Origin: a virus
Direction: 5' to 3' (one strand)
IMG/VR virus record: IMGVR_UViG_3300011113_000675
Location: 1 to 64,000 of that record
DNA: 64,000 bases
The notes beneath the pieces were generated by a model, which saw only the letters and a program-made list of their open reading frames with translations, made no database searches and was not told where the DNA came from. The translations under genes and the position numbers were made by a program. Of the stretch, positions 30,862-39,231 are shown one piece after another; position 1 is the stretch's first letter, and every line of letters begins with the position of its first letter.

Positions 30862-31480
30862 CACTAGTCCAAATTTTCAAAGATGTGAATTAGGGTCACT
30901 CCCCTATATTATCCAATCAAACAGATATAATCTTGTGGGAGACGTACTCGAATTTGGGACATTTACTGGAGGTAGTACACGAAAACTTGCCACAATGTTT
31001 CCCGAAAAAACTATTTTCACAATTGACCATTTTGAGGGCCTTGAAAAAACTAACAAAAACGTCCCTCGGGACAGTGACTGGATAGAGAGAGCATTTGCTC
31101 TCGATAATCCTTTATATGAAGGAAATAGTGATGTTCCTAAATCAATTGATGAGGTAAAACAAAGATTCAAAAATCATAACAATATCAAGATGATTGTTTC
31201 GGATGTTCATAAATTGACCGAACCTTCCGATTATGGTATTTCGAAAGTATCTGTATGTAACTTAGATGTTGATATATACGAGCCGGCAGTCTCAGCTTTA
31301 GAATTTTTATCTAAATGCGATTGGTCTGAAGTTTTTATAAGGTTCGACGATTGGCATGGCGGAGAATCCGAGTACGACCAACACGAAAGATTGGCATTTA
31401 TTGAATGGATTGAAAAATATAAATATAAATTCGACATCACTCACGGTGGGTACATCGGTGGTGTTTACGTAAAACGATAA
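30854..31480 (+). CDS. TylF/MycF-like sugar O-methyltransferase
   Basis: VLEFGTFTGGS, DHFEGL, NLDVDIYEP, FDDW. Confidence 0.85.
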   Translation: MINTSPNFQRCELGSLPYIIQSNRYNLVGDVLEFGTFTGGSTRKLATMFPEKTIFTIDHFEGLEKTNKNVPRDSDWIERAFALDNPLYEGNSDVPKSIDEVKQRFKNHNNIKMIVSDVHKLTEPSDYGISKVSVCNLDVDIYEPAVSALEFLSKCDWSEVFIRFDDWHGGESEYDQHERLAFIEWIEKYKYKFDITHGGYIGGVYVKR

Positions 31481-31485
31481 AAAAA

Positions 31486-32313
31486 ATGGAAAAAGTTTTA
31501 ATTAGAAAAGTATCAGATTGGTGGGGTGAATATGATTGTTCATCAAACCGTAACATGCCTAAACTATTACAATGGTTATCAAGAGAGACAGAAACACCAC
31601 ATGAAATCTCAGTCTATGTTGATAACTACATTAAAGATTGGGGTCTAAATGACCCATCAAGAGAAAAGATTGGTTGGTTGTTAGAATCTCCACAAATGAA
31701 TGAAGGTACTATCAATTACATCAAAGCAAATCTTCCATTGTTCAGAGAACATTACAAGATGATTTTCACGTGTATGGATAGTTTATTAGAACTTGGTGAA
31801 CCATTTAAGTACACCATTTCCAATGCAGTACCTTGGATTTGGGAAAAGAATAGAATGATTCATCCCAAGACCAAACTAGTCAGTATGATAGCTTCGAACA
31901 AAGGGTGGTTACGTGGTCATCAAAACAGATTAGAGTGGGTTGAAAAATTGAAAGATAAAGTTGATTTATTTGGAACTGGAAGAGAGTTTCAACTTAATGA
32001 TAAAGAGGATGGGTTGAGAGATTATATGTTCTCAGTGTCCATTGAAAACGATGCATCAGATGCATATTTCACTGAAAAATTGACTGACAACTTCGTTATG
32101 GGCACTGTACCAGTGTATTATGGGTCAAGAAAAGTTGTTGAAAGATACTTTAATCCTCAAGGTGTTATCTTCTTGGAAGATGACCCAACTCTATCAACAT
32201 TATCTGTTGAAAAATATCAATCCATGATGCCGGCAATCGAAGAAAACTTCAAGTTGGCACAAGAACTTCCGATAGCGGAAGATTACTTTTTTGAAAAATA
32301 TCTAAAAAAATGA
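31486..32313 (+). CDS. GT10-like (alpha-1,3-fucosyltransferase-like) glycosyltransferase
   Basis: YMFSVSIEN, YFTEKLTD, GTVPVYYG. Confidence 0.8.
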   Translation: MEKVLIRKVSDWWGEYDCSSNRNMPKLLQWLSRETETPHEISVYVDNYIKDWGLNDPSREKIGWLLESPQMNEGTINYIKANLPLFREHYKMIFTCMDSLLELGEPFKYTISNAVPWIWEKNRMIHPKTKLVSMIASNKGWLRGHQNRLEWVEKLKDKVDLFGTGREFQLNDKEDGLRDYMFSVSIENDASDAYFTEKLTDNFVMGTVPVYYGSRKVVERYFNPQGVIFLEDDPTLSTLSVEKYQSMMPAIEENFKLAQELPIAEDYFFEKYLKK

Positions 32314-33119
32314 AATATCTTGTTTTAGGTTCTTCAGGCCAAATAGGTTTGGAACTTTGTAAATTTCTAAGAAAAGAGGGTCATGAAGTCGTAGAATTCG
32401 ACATCGTAGCCGATGAAGCACAAGATTTAAGGATTCCAAATGTTTTGGATGAATTAGTTAAAGATGTCGATTTTGTAATGTTTTTGGCATTCGATGTCGG
32501 AGGATCTAGGTATCTAAAAAAATACCAACACACTTACGAGTTTATTAATAACAATGTTAGATTAACCTTGTTTACATTCGAGACTCTAAAAAAATATCAG
32601 AAACCTTTCATATTCGCATCATCCCAAATGGCCAACATGTCTTACTCACCTTATGGTGTTTGTAAATCTATTGGTGAGGTTTATGCCAAAGCACTTAATG
32701 GTTTGACTGTTAAGTTTTGGAATGTTTATGGACCAGAACATGACATGGAAAAGTCTCACGTAATTACTGATTTTATTGTCAAAGCGAGACAAGGAAAAAT
32801 TGAAATGATGACGGATGGTAAAGAAGAAAGACAATTTTTACATGCTGAAGATTGTTCAAGATGTTTGTTAATACTATCTGAAAAATATGATGAGATAGAT
32901 AGAGACTCTAATTTACACATAACTAACTTCGAATGGAACACAATTTTGGAAATTGCTGAGATTATCAAAGAATTTATTCCTTGTGAAATTGTCCCATCTG
33001 AAGAAATAGACTCGGTTCAGATGAACAAAAGAAATGAACCTGACCCGTATATTCTTAATTTTTGGAAACCAGAAATATCCATAAAAAAAGGTATTGAAAA
33101 AATTATTAACGAAATATGA
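32310..33119 (+). CDS. NAD-dependent epimerase/dehydratase/reductase (extended SDR)
   Basis: GSSGQIG, YGVCK, NVYGP, RQFLHAED. Confidence 0.87.
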   Translation: MKYLVLGSSGQIGLELCKFLRKEGHEVVEFDIVADEAQDLRIPNVLDELVKDVDFVMFLAFDVGGSRYLKKYQHTYEFINNNVRLTLFTFETLKKYQKPFIFASSQMANMSYSPYGVCKSIGEVYAKALNGLTVKFWNVYGPEHDMEKSHVITDFIVKARQGKIEMMTDGKEERQFLHAEDCSRCLLILSEKYDEIDRDSNLHITNFEWNTILEIAEIIKEFIPCEIVPSEEIDSVQMNKRNEPDPYILNFWKPEISIKKGIEKIINEI

Positions 33120-34210
33120 AAAAAATAGTAGTATTAGGTGGTGGAGGTTTCATAGGTGGACACCTTGCCAAAAGATTAAAAGAAGAAGGTAATCACGTCA
33201 GAATATGTGACATCAAAAAACACGAGTATTTCTTTCAAGATGAAATTTGTCACGAATTTATTTTGGGGGATTTAACTGACCCGAAAGTGGTTGAATTAGT
33301 AATTGAAGAAGGGGTTGATGAAGTTTATCAGTTAGCTGCTGACATGGGTGGAGCTTTGTATATTTTTACTGGAGAACATGACGCAGATGTAATGTACAAT
33401 TCAGCAACCATTAATCTTAATGTTGCTCGTGAAGCAGTAAAGAAAAAGGTAGGTAAATTATTTTATTCATCTTCAGCGTGTATGTACCCTGAACACAACC
33501 AGTTAGACCCTGACAATCCAAATTGTGAAGAATCCTCAGCTTACCCCGCCAATCCTGATTCGGAGTATGGATGGGAAAAATTATTCTCTGAAAGACTTTA
33601 TTTGGCATTCAGTAGAAACTATGGGTTGAATGTTAGAATCGCAAGATTTCACAACATCTTCGGTCCACAGGGAACATGGAATGGAGGTAGAGAAAAATCT
33701 CCAGCAGCTATGTGTCGAAAAGCGGCTGAAACAGACTCTGGTGGGGAAATTGAAGTTTGGGGAAATGGTTTACAAACTCGTTCTTTCTTGTATGTTGATG
33801 AATGTGTTGAAGCGGTAATTAGATTGATGGAATCAGACTTTGAAGGTCCTGTAAATATTGGTAGTGAAGAAATGGTCACAATCAATCAGTTAGCTAAAAT
33901 GGCAATTGAAATATCTGAAAAAGATATTGATATCAAAAATATTGAAGGGGTAGAATTTATAAAAAAATATGGTTTCAAATGCCCATTAGGAGTTAAAGGG
34001 AGAAATTCTGATAATAAATTATACCGAGAAAAAATCGGATGGGAAGTAAGTCAGCCTCTATCAGTAGGTTTGAAAAAAACTTATCAATGGATAAAATCAC
34101 AAGTCGACAAAAAAGACAACGAAACTTTGTGGATTTATGAAAGTCCTGACGGGGGAAACACGGTGTATAAACGAGAATCACAGAATACAAAAAAAATTAA
34201 AGTAAAATAA
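33116..34210 (+). CDS. GDP-mannose 3,5-epimerase-like extended SDR
   Basis: GGGGFIG, LAADMGG, SSACMYP, YGWEK, GGREKSPAAMCRK, GVKGRNSDN. Confidence 0.85.
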   Translation: MKKIVVLGGGGFIGGHLAKRLKEEGNHVRICDIKKHEYFFQDEICHEFILGDLTDPKVVELVIEEGVDEVYQLAADMGGALYIFTGEHDADVMYNSATINLNVAREAVKKKVGKLFYSSSACMYPEHNQLDPDNPNCEESSAYPANPDSEYGWEKLFSERLYLAFSRNYGLNVRIARFHNIFGPQGTWNGGREKSPAAMCRKAAETDSGGEIEVWGNGLQTRSFLYVDECVEAVIRLMESDFEGPVNIGSEEMVTINQLAKMAIEISEKDIDIKNIEGVEFIKKYGFKCPLGVKGRNSDNKLYREKIGWEVSQPLSVGLKKTYQWIKSQVDKKDNETLWIYESPDGGNTVYKRESQNTKKIKVK

Positions 34211-34211
34211 T

Positions 34212-34592
34212 ATGGTATCTGTTCCTGTTAGTGTTGGAGAATTAATTGATAAATTATCAATTTTGCAAGTAAAAAAAATAAAAATTACAAATCCTGAGAA
34301 GTTGAAATACGTATCGGAAGAATTTGATTTGTTACATAATCAATCAAAAATTTATTTTCAAGTTGACGAAGTGAGGTCTTTGTACGATTCACTAACCGAA
34401 GTTAATTCAAACCTTTGGGATGTAGAAGATAAATTGAGAGTTTTTGAATCTGAAAAAAAGTTCAACGAAGAATTTATTGAATTGGCAAGAAAAGTTTATT
34501 ACACGAATGATGAAAGATTTAGGTTGAAAAATGAAATTAACTCTATCACATCTTCTGAAATTAGAGAAGTAAAAGATTATAAACCTTACTAA
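34212..34592 (+). CDS. conserved hypothetical helical protein (DUF6165-like)
   Basis: PVSVGELIDKLSIL, LWDVED, FIELARKVYYTNDER, EVKDY. Confidence 0.75.
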   Translation: MVSVPVSVGELIDKLSILQVKKIKITNPEKLKYVSEEFDLLHNQSKIYFQVDEVRSLYDSLTEVNSNLWDVEDKLRVFESEKKFNEEFIELARKVYYTNDERFRLKNEINSITSSEIREVKDYKPY

Positions 34593-34620
34593 CTTTCGAA
34601 CCGAGATTAAATTACAAAAA

Positions 34621-35355
34621 ATGGGTAGATTAACAAAACCGAAACCGACGGCAACTTTGCCAAGTGAAGAAGTACCAATTAAAAATAAAAAACAGCAAAT
34701 CTGTTCAATAATTAAACGAAAAACAAAAGAGAAGTTTCTATCTGAAAGTCAAAAAGAATACTACGAAAAGTTAGTTAATAACCAAATTAGTATATGTTCA
34801 GGTCCGGCCGGTGTTGGAAAAAGTTATATCGCAATGAAATGTGCGGTTGATTTACTTTCTGACCCCAACACACCTTATGAAAAAATTATAATTGTAAGAC
34901 CTGCGGTTGAAGCTGAAGAAAAACTTGGGAGTTTACCAGGTGGGGTGGAGGAAAAACTCGACCCATATATTTTTCCTTCGTATTACCTATTAAATAAAAT
35001 AATCGGTAAAGATACAAGGGAAAAATTAAAGGAAATCGAAGCAATTGAAGTCTTCGCGTTGGCTTACATGAGAGGTATGAATATTGACAACTCCATTTTA
35101 ATTTTCGAAGAAGCTCAAAATTCTACACCGAGTCAAATGAAATTATTACTAACAAGAATTGGGTTCAATTCTAAGTTTTTTATTTCAGGTGATTTAGAAC
35201 AATTCGATAGACATAAAGATAAAACACAAACGGGTCTTTGGGATGCTCTGAAAAAGTTTCAAAATATGGATGATATTGGCGTATTTGAATTCAAATCCAC
35301 AGATATTGTTAGGAATCCATTAATATCCAAAATATTAGAAAAATACGAAGAATGA
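34621..35355 (+). CDS. phoH: PhoH-family ATPase
   Basis: GPAGVGKS, RPAVE, LGSLPG, YMRG, EEAQN, LTRIG, GDLEQ. Confidence 0.93.
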   Translation: MGRLTKPKPTATLPSEEVPIKNKKQQICSIIKRKTKEKFLSESQKEYYEKLVNNQISICSGPAGVGKSYIAMKCAVDLLSDPNTPYEKIIIVRPAVEAEEKLGSLPGGVEEKLDPYIFPSYYLLNKIIGKDTREKLKEIEAIEVFALAYMRGMNIDNSILIFEEAQNSTPSQMKLLLTRIGFNSKFFISGDLEQFDRHKDKTQTGLWDALKKFQNMDDIGVFEFKSTDIVRNPLISKILEKYEE

Positions 35356-35951
35356 GAATAGGTATTGAACTGAATGGAGTTTTGAGAGATACTCTAAAAA
35401 AAATACAACAAGAATACGAAAAGTGGTATATTGAAAATCCTTTCAGAGACGAAAATGAGGATGACAACTTTCAATATGAAGTTTTATCTAATTTGACATC
35501 TTTAGACATTTCAAAACATTTGAAATTTAAAAATGAAGATGAGTTGTATGATTTTCTTTATAAAGAACATACCATGGAAATTTTTGGTCATGCGGGTTCC
35601 GTTGAACCCTCAGGACTTTTGGACTTGAATGATTTTTACTTGGACATGAGAGATTCCCACGATATTATTATTGTCTCAGATGAAATTGGAAAATCGAAAC
35701 CAGCATCTTTATTTTTCATTTCGAAATTTGGATGTTTAGTTGAATCAGTCAAATTTTACAGTGAAAGTACAATTAATTCACTATGGGATTCAGTAGACAT
35801 TTTACTTACCGCGAATCCTAAACTATTATTGAATCATCCAAAAAACAAAATTGTAATTAAATTCAACACAACTTATAACTACGATGTTGAATCTGATTTT
35901 CATATTTCAAGTCTTAAGGAGTTAAAAACAAAAATACAAGAAATAATATGA
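35352..35951 (+). CDS. HAD-fold 5'(3')-deoxyribonucleotidase-like protein with degenerate motif I
   Basis: MRIGIELNGVLRD versus canonical IxxDxDGVL; C-terminal TTYN. Confidence 0.65.
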   Translation: MRIGIELNGVLRDTLKKIQQEYEKWYIENPFRDENEDDNFQYEVLSNLTSLDISKHLKFKNEDELYDFLYKEHTMEIFGHAGSVEPSGLLDLNDFYLDMRDSHDIIIVSDEIGKSKPASLFFISKFGCLVESVKFYSESTINSLWDSVDILLTANPKLLLNHPKNKIVIKFNTTYNYDVESDFHISSLKELKTKIQEII

Positions 35952-36232
35952 TACAAGTATTAGGTGAGAATTATTTTATCGACTTAGATGAAATCGAAGA
36001 CTATCTTGACATGAGTCAAGACGAGGACAAAGACGATTCAGAATCAGGGGTAACAGAAACAAAAATTAATATTATCAAATTCGAAATGGTTAAAATGTTA
36101 TTAGATACCGTTTTGAATGAACAAGAAATTGTTGATGAAAAGCTTGGAATGAAGTCTAATGCCCAAGTGAGCATTCCTTTTAGGATTGCTTTCAACAGTT
36201 TATTAAATAAAAAACTTATCAATCATTATTAA
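35948..36232 (+). CDS. hypothetical protein
   Basis: Overlapping operon arrangement. Confidence 0.68.
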   Translation: MIQVLGENYFIDLDEIEDYLDMSQDEDKDDSESGVTETKINIIKFEMVKMLLDTVLNEQEIVDEKLGMKSNAQVSIPFRIAFNSLLNKKLINHY

Positions 36233-36233
36233 T

Positions 36234-37286
36234 ATGGAAAACCAACTTCAAGAAAAAGTAAAACAGTCCATTAAGATATTAAGAGACAAACAAGCCAGAA
36301 TATATTTTTTAGTTCAAGATACTAAAGGTAACGCAAAGGCATCAGTGAGACTCATATATCAAATGGCAAAAGCATTAAAAGATAATGGATTTAATCCCAT
36401 TATACTACATGAAAAAGCAGACTATGCCGGAGTTGTTGCATGGTTAGATGAAGAGTTTATGTCAATACCTCACAGAGCAATTGAAGGACAAAATCTAGAA
36501 ATTTCACCAGAAGATTTTTTAGTTATTCCTGAAATTTTCGGGTATGTAATGGACCAAGTGAAACAACTCCCTTGTGCTAAAATTGTTTTAACACAACAAT
36601 ATGCCCATATGTTGGAAACTTTACAACCAGGTCAAACATGGAATCAGTTCGGATTTTTAAAGTGTATCACAACTTCAAGTAAACAAAAAGAATACATCGA
36701 AAGGGTAATGAGACAAATTTCCTTCGACATCATTGACCCATTAATCAGTGAAGAATTTACACCTAAATCAACTCCTGCAATGCCAATTATCGGCGTTCAT
36801 GCGAAAGAACAGAGTGATGCGATTAATTTAATCAAAACTTTTTATTTAAAATTTCCACAGTATCGTTGGTTCACCTTTAGAGACCTGAGAGGGTTATCAG
36901 AAAAAGAATTTGCAAACTCGTTAAGAGATTGTTTTTTGAGTGTTTGGATTGATGACCATAGTGGGTTTGGCACATTTCCGTTAGAATCAATGAAATCAAA
37001 TGTTCCTGTGATTGGAAAAGTTCCAAACTTGTCACCTGACTGGATGAGTGAAGAAAATGGTATTTGGGTCACAGACCAAACTTTATTACCTGATTTGGTT
37101 GCAGATTACGCACAAAATTGGTTGGAAGACAATATTGACCCACAAATTTTTGAAAAAATGAAAGAAACCGTTGAAAGATACACGGATAAACAAAAGTTTG
37201 AATCTACAGTAGTTTCTCTATTCGAGGGTTATTTGACTACAAGAGCAGATTCATTTGAAAACCAAATTTCGAAAACAGAAGAATAA
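36234..37286 (+). CDS. GT-B-like glycosyltransferase
   Basis: DFLVIPE, SGFGTFPLESMKSNVPVIG (E-x7-E-like region). Confidence 0.75.
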   Translation: MENQLQEKVKQSIKILRDKQARIYFLVQDTKGNAKASVRLIYQMAKALKDNGFNPIILHEKADYAGVVAWLDEEFMSIPHRAIEGQNLEISPEDFLVIPEIFGYVMDQVKQLPCAKIVLTQQYAHMLETLQPGQTWNQFGFLKCITTSSKQKEYIERVMRQISFDIIDPLISEEFTPKSTPAMPIIGVHAKEQSDAINLIKTFYLKFPQYRWFTFRDLRGLSEKEFANSLRDCFLSVWIDDHSGFGTFPLESMKSNVPVIGKVPNLSPDWMSEENGIWVTDQTLLPDLVADYAQNWLEDNIDPQIFEKMKETVERYTDKQKFESTVVSLFEGYLTTRADSFENQISKTEE

Positions 37287-37287
37287 T

Positions 37288-38094
37288 ATGAATAATACAC
37301 TATCATTATCAGTAATACTACCTATAAAATCTTCCAAAGCAAAAGACTTCGATGAGTACTTTGAAAAGGCAATTTCATCTTTAAAAAATCAACAAGTTGG
37401 TTTTGAAGAACTAGTAATTGTTCATTCACAAGAACAGTCCCTCATTGATTTGTTGAACTCGTATGATTTTGGTGATTTGAACGTCACAAAATTATTGTGG
37501 GACCAAGAACCAAATTATGCAAACCAAGTAAATTTCGGAATAAAAAATGCAAAGGGAACTTGGGTATCCCTTTTTGAATTTGATGATGAATATTCTTCAA
37601 TATGGTTCAAAAATGTTAAAAAATATGTTGAGTCATTTCCTGAAGTACAAATGTTCCTACCTGTTGTAGTTGAGACAGACGAAAAAGGATTATTTGCTGG
37701 TTTCACAAATGAAGCGACATTTGCGGCTAATTTCTCTCAAGAAATGGGTATTTTGACTAACGACACTTTACAAGAATACCAAAATTTTCAAACTGCAGGT
37801 TCTGTAATCAAGAAATCCGTTATCGAAGATTTTGGAGGGTTCAAGCCGTCAATCAAACTAACTTTTATATATGAGTTTTTATTAAGACTAACATATAACT
37901 CAGTTTCAGTAATGACAATTCCAAGGTTAGGTTACAAACACGTTAACTTGAGAGAAGGTTCTATTTTTTGGAATTATAAATTTGGAGACAGTAAAATGGT
38001 TGAAGATGAAGTAAAATTTTGGATTCAAACCGCAAAAAGAGAATATTTTTTCACGGACGACAGATCCATAAAATATCAATCTGAAAATGCTTAA
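37288..38094 (+). CDS. GT2-like glycosyltransferase (start moved to ATG 37288)
   Basis: LSVILP, NFGIKNAKGTWV, EFDDEY, YEFLLR. Confidence 0.78.
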   Translation: MNNTLSLSVILPIKSSKAKDFDEYFEKAISSLKNQQVGFEELVIVHSQEQSLIDLLNSYDFGDLNVTKLLWDQEPNYANQVNFGIKNAKGTWVSLFEFDDEYSSIWFKNVKKYVESFPEVQMFLPVVVETDEKGLFAGFTNEATFAANFSQEMGILTNDTLQEYQNFQTAGSVIKKSVIEDFGGFKPSIKLTFIYEFLLRLTYNSVSVMTIPRLGYKHVNLREGSIFWNYKFGDSKMVEDEVKFWIQTAKREYFFTDDRSIKYQSENA

Positions 38095-38840
38095 TGCAAG
38101 ATTCACTCTCTGCCACAACAGAGGATGTTTTATCAAAAAAAAGAGGTAGAAAGGCAGTTAAAGAAAATTATTTCGATGTAAGAGAAGAAGAGGCGGTTAG
38201 AAAATTTCTAATTGCCGAATCGTCTTACGAAAAAAATAAAATTTATAATCAATTTTTAAGGTCTCCTTTAGATAAAATGATTTCCTCAATTATCAGACGA
38301 TATAAATTATATCGTAAGGATATGGATTTTGAGGAAATTCATACAGATACCCACTCCTTTCTCATGACGAAAGTCGATAAGTTTAAGCCTGATAAAAATA
38401 AAAAGGCATATTCTTACTTTGGAACTATTTGTAAAAATTATTTAATGGGTCAAATTATCAAAGACCAAAAAGAAACTAATCGAAAAATATCATATGAAGA
38501 TATTTCATCAAGTCTTGAGGAAAGACCTGATATGTCATACAGAATTGATGATGACGTAATTGAAACAGATTATGTCATTAATCAATATTTGACTGAGTTG
38601 AAAACTTATATAGAATCCGAACAACTGAATGACAATGAAAAAAAGTTGGGATACGCTTTAATCGATTTATTTGATAATTATGAATCTATCTTTTCTGGAG
38701 CTGACAATAATAAATTTAACAAAAATGTGATATTATTGTCGCTTCGTGAAATGACAAATCTAAGTACTAAAGAGATACGTAGTTCAATTAAGAGATTCAA
38801 AAAATTATATATTGTGATTCAGTCCAGAATTAAAAACTGA
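38094..38840 (+). CDS. gp55: phage late sigma factor, T4 gp55-like
   Basis: NYF N-terminus and sigma region-2 segment KFKPDKNKKAYSYFGTICKNYL. Confidence 0.75.
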   Translation: MQDSLSATTEDVLSKKRGRKAVKENYFDVREEEAVRKFLIAESSYEKNKIYNQFLRSPLDKMISSIIRRYKLYRKDMDFEEIHTDTHSFLMTKVDKFKPDKNKKAYSYFGTICKNYLMGQIIKDQKETNRKISYEDISSSLEERPDMSYRIDDDVIETDYVINQYLTELKTYIESEQLNDNEKKLGYALIDLFDNYESIFSGADNNKFNKNVILLSLREMTNLSTKEIRSSIKRFKKLYIVIQSRIKN

Positions 38841-38848
38841 TAAAAAAG

Positions 38849-38856
38849 TATTTATA
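38849..38856 (+). promoter_or_regulatory. late-type promoter motif TATTTATA
   Basis: 3 nt upstream of ATG 38860. Confidence 0.65.
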
Positions 38857-38859
38857 GAT

Positions 38860-39228
38860 ATGCCGAGACCTCAAAGAAAAGAAATTAATTTCACGAAAGA
38901 TTCTATTTTATCTCTTATGCAAGAAATCTATAATGAACTTGTTGAACAAAGACAAACTGCGATTAGGATTCAAAATAAGATGTTAGCAATGTTAAAGGAT
39001 CCCTCCGACATGACTACTATTGGTCCTGTAATTGAAAAACAACAAAAAATCGTAAATGATTGTGTTGAAAAAAAACTCAACCTATCAAAACTTCAGTCGA
39101 GTATTTGGGAGAAATCTAACAACAATAAAGAGGAATCTTTTTCTCTTGCAGATTTAGACGATGATTTAATACAAAATCTTATTGAGAAAGATGTTTCCAA
39201 AGATGAGGAATCTTACAAAATGAGATAA
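38860..39228 (+). CDS. hypothetical coiled-coil protein
   Basis: Helical heptad pattern, acidic C-terminus. Confidence 0.68.
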   Translation: MPRPQRKEINFTKDSILSLMQEIYNELVEQRQTAIRIQNKMLAMLKDPSDMTTIGPVIEKQQKIVNDCVEKKLNLSKLQSSIWEKSNNNKEESFSLADLDDDLIQNLIEKDVSKDEESYKMR

Positions 39229-39231
39229 AAT

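Noticed and set aside
37255-37287. TTG start of the GT2-like ORF given in the track
   Set aside because: It overlaps the upstream gene; ATG 37288 follows that gene's stop directly
23360-38094. Bacterial LPS/capsule island or host contamination
   Set aside because: Interleaved with phage genes (dut, phoH, gp55-like), similar composition, no flippase, polymerase or export genes
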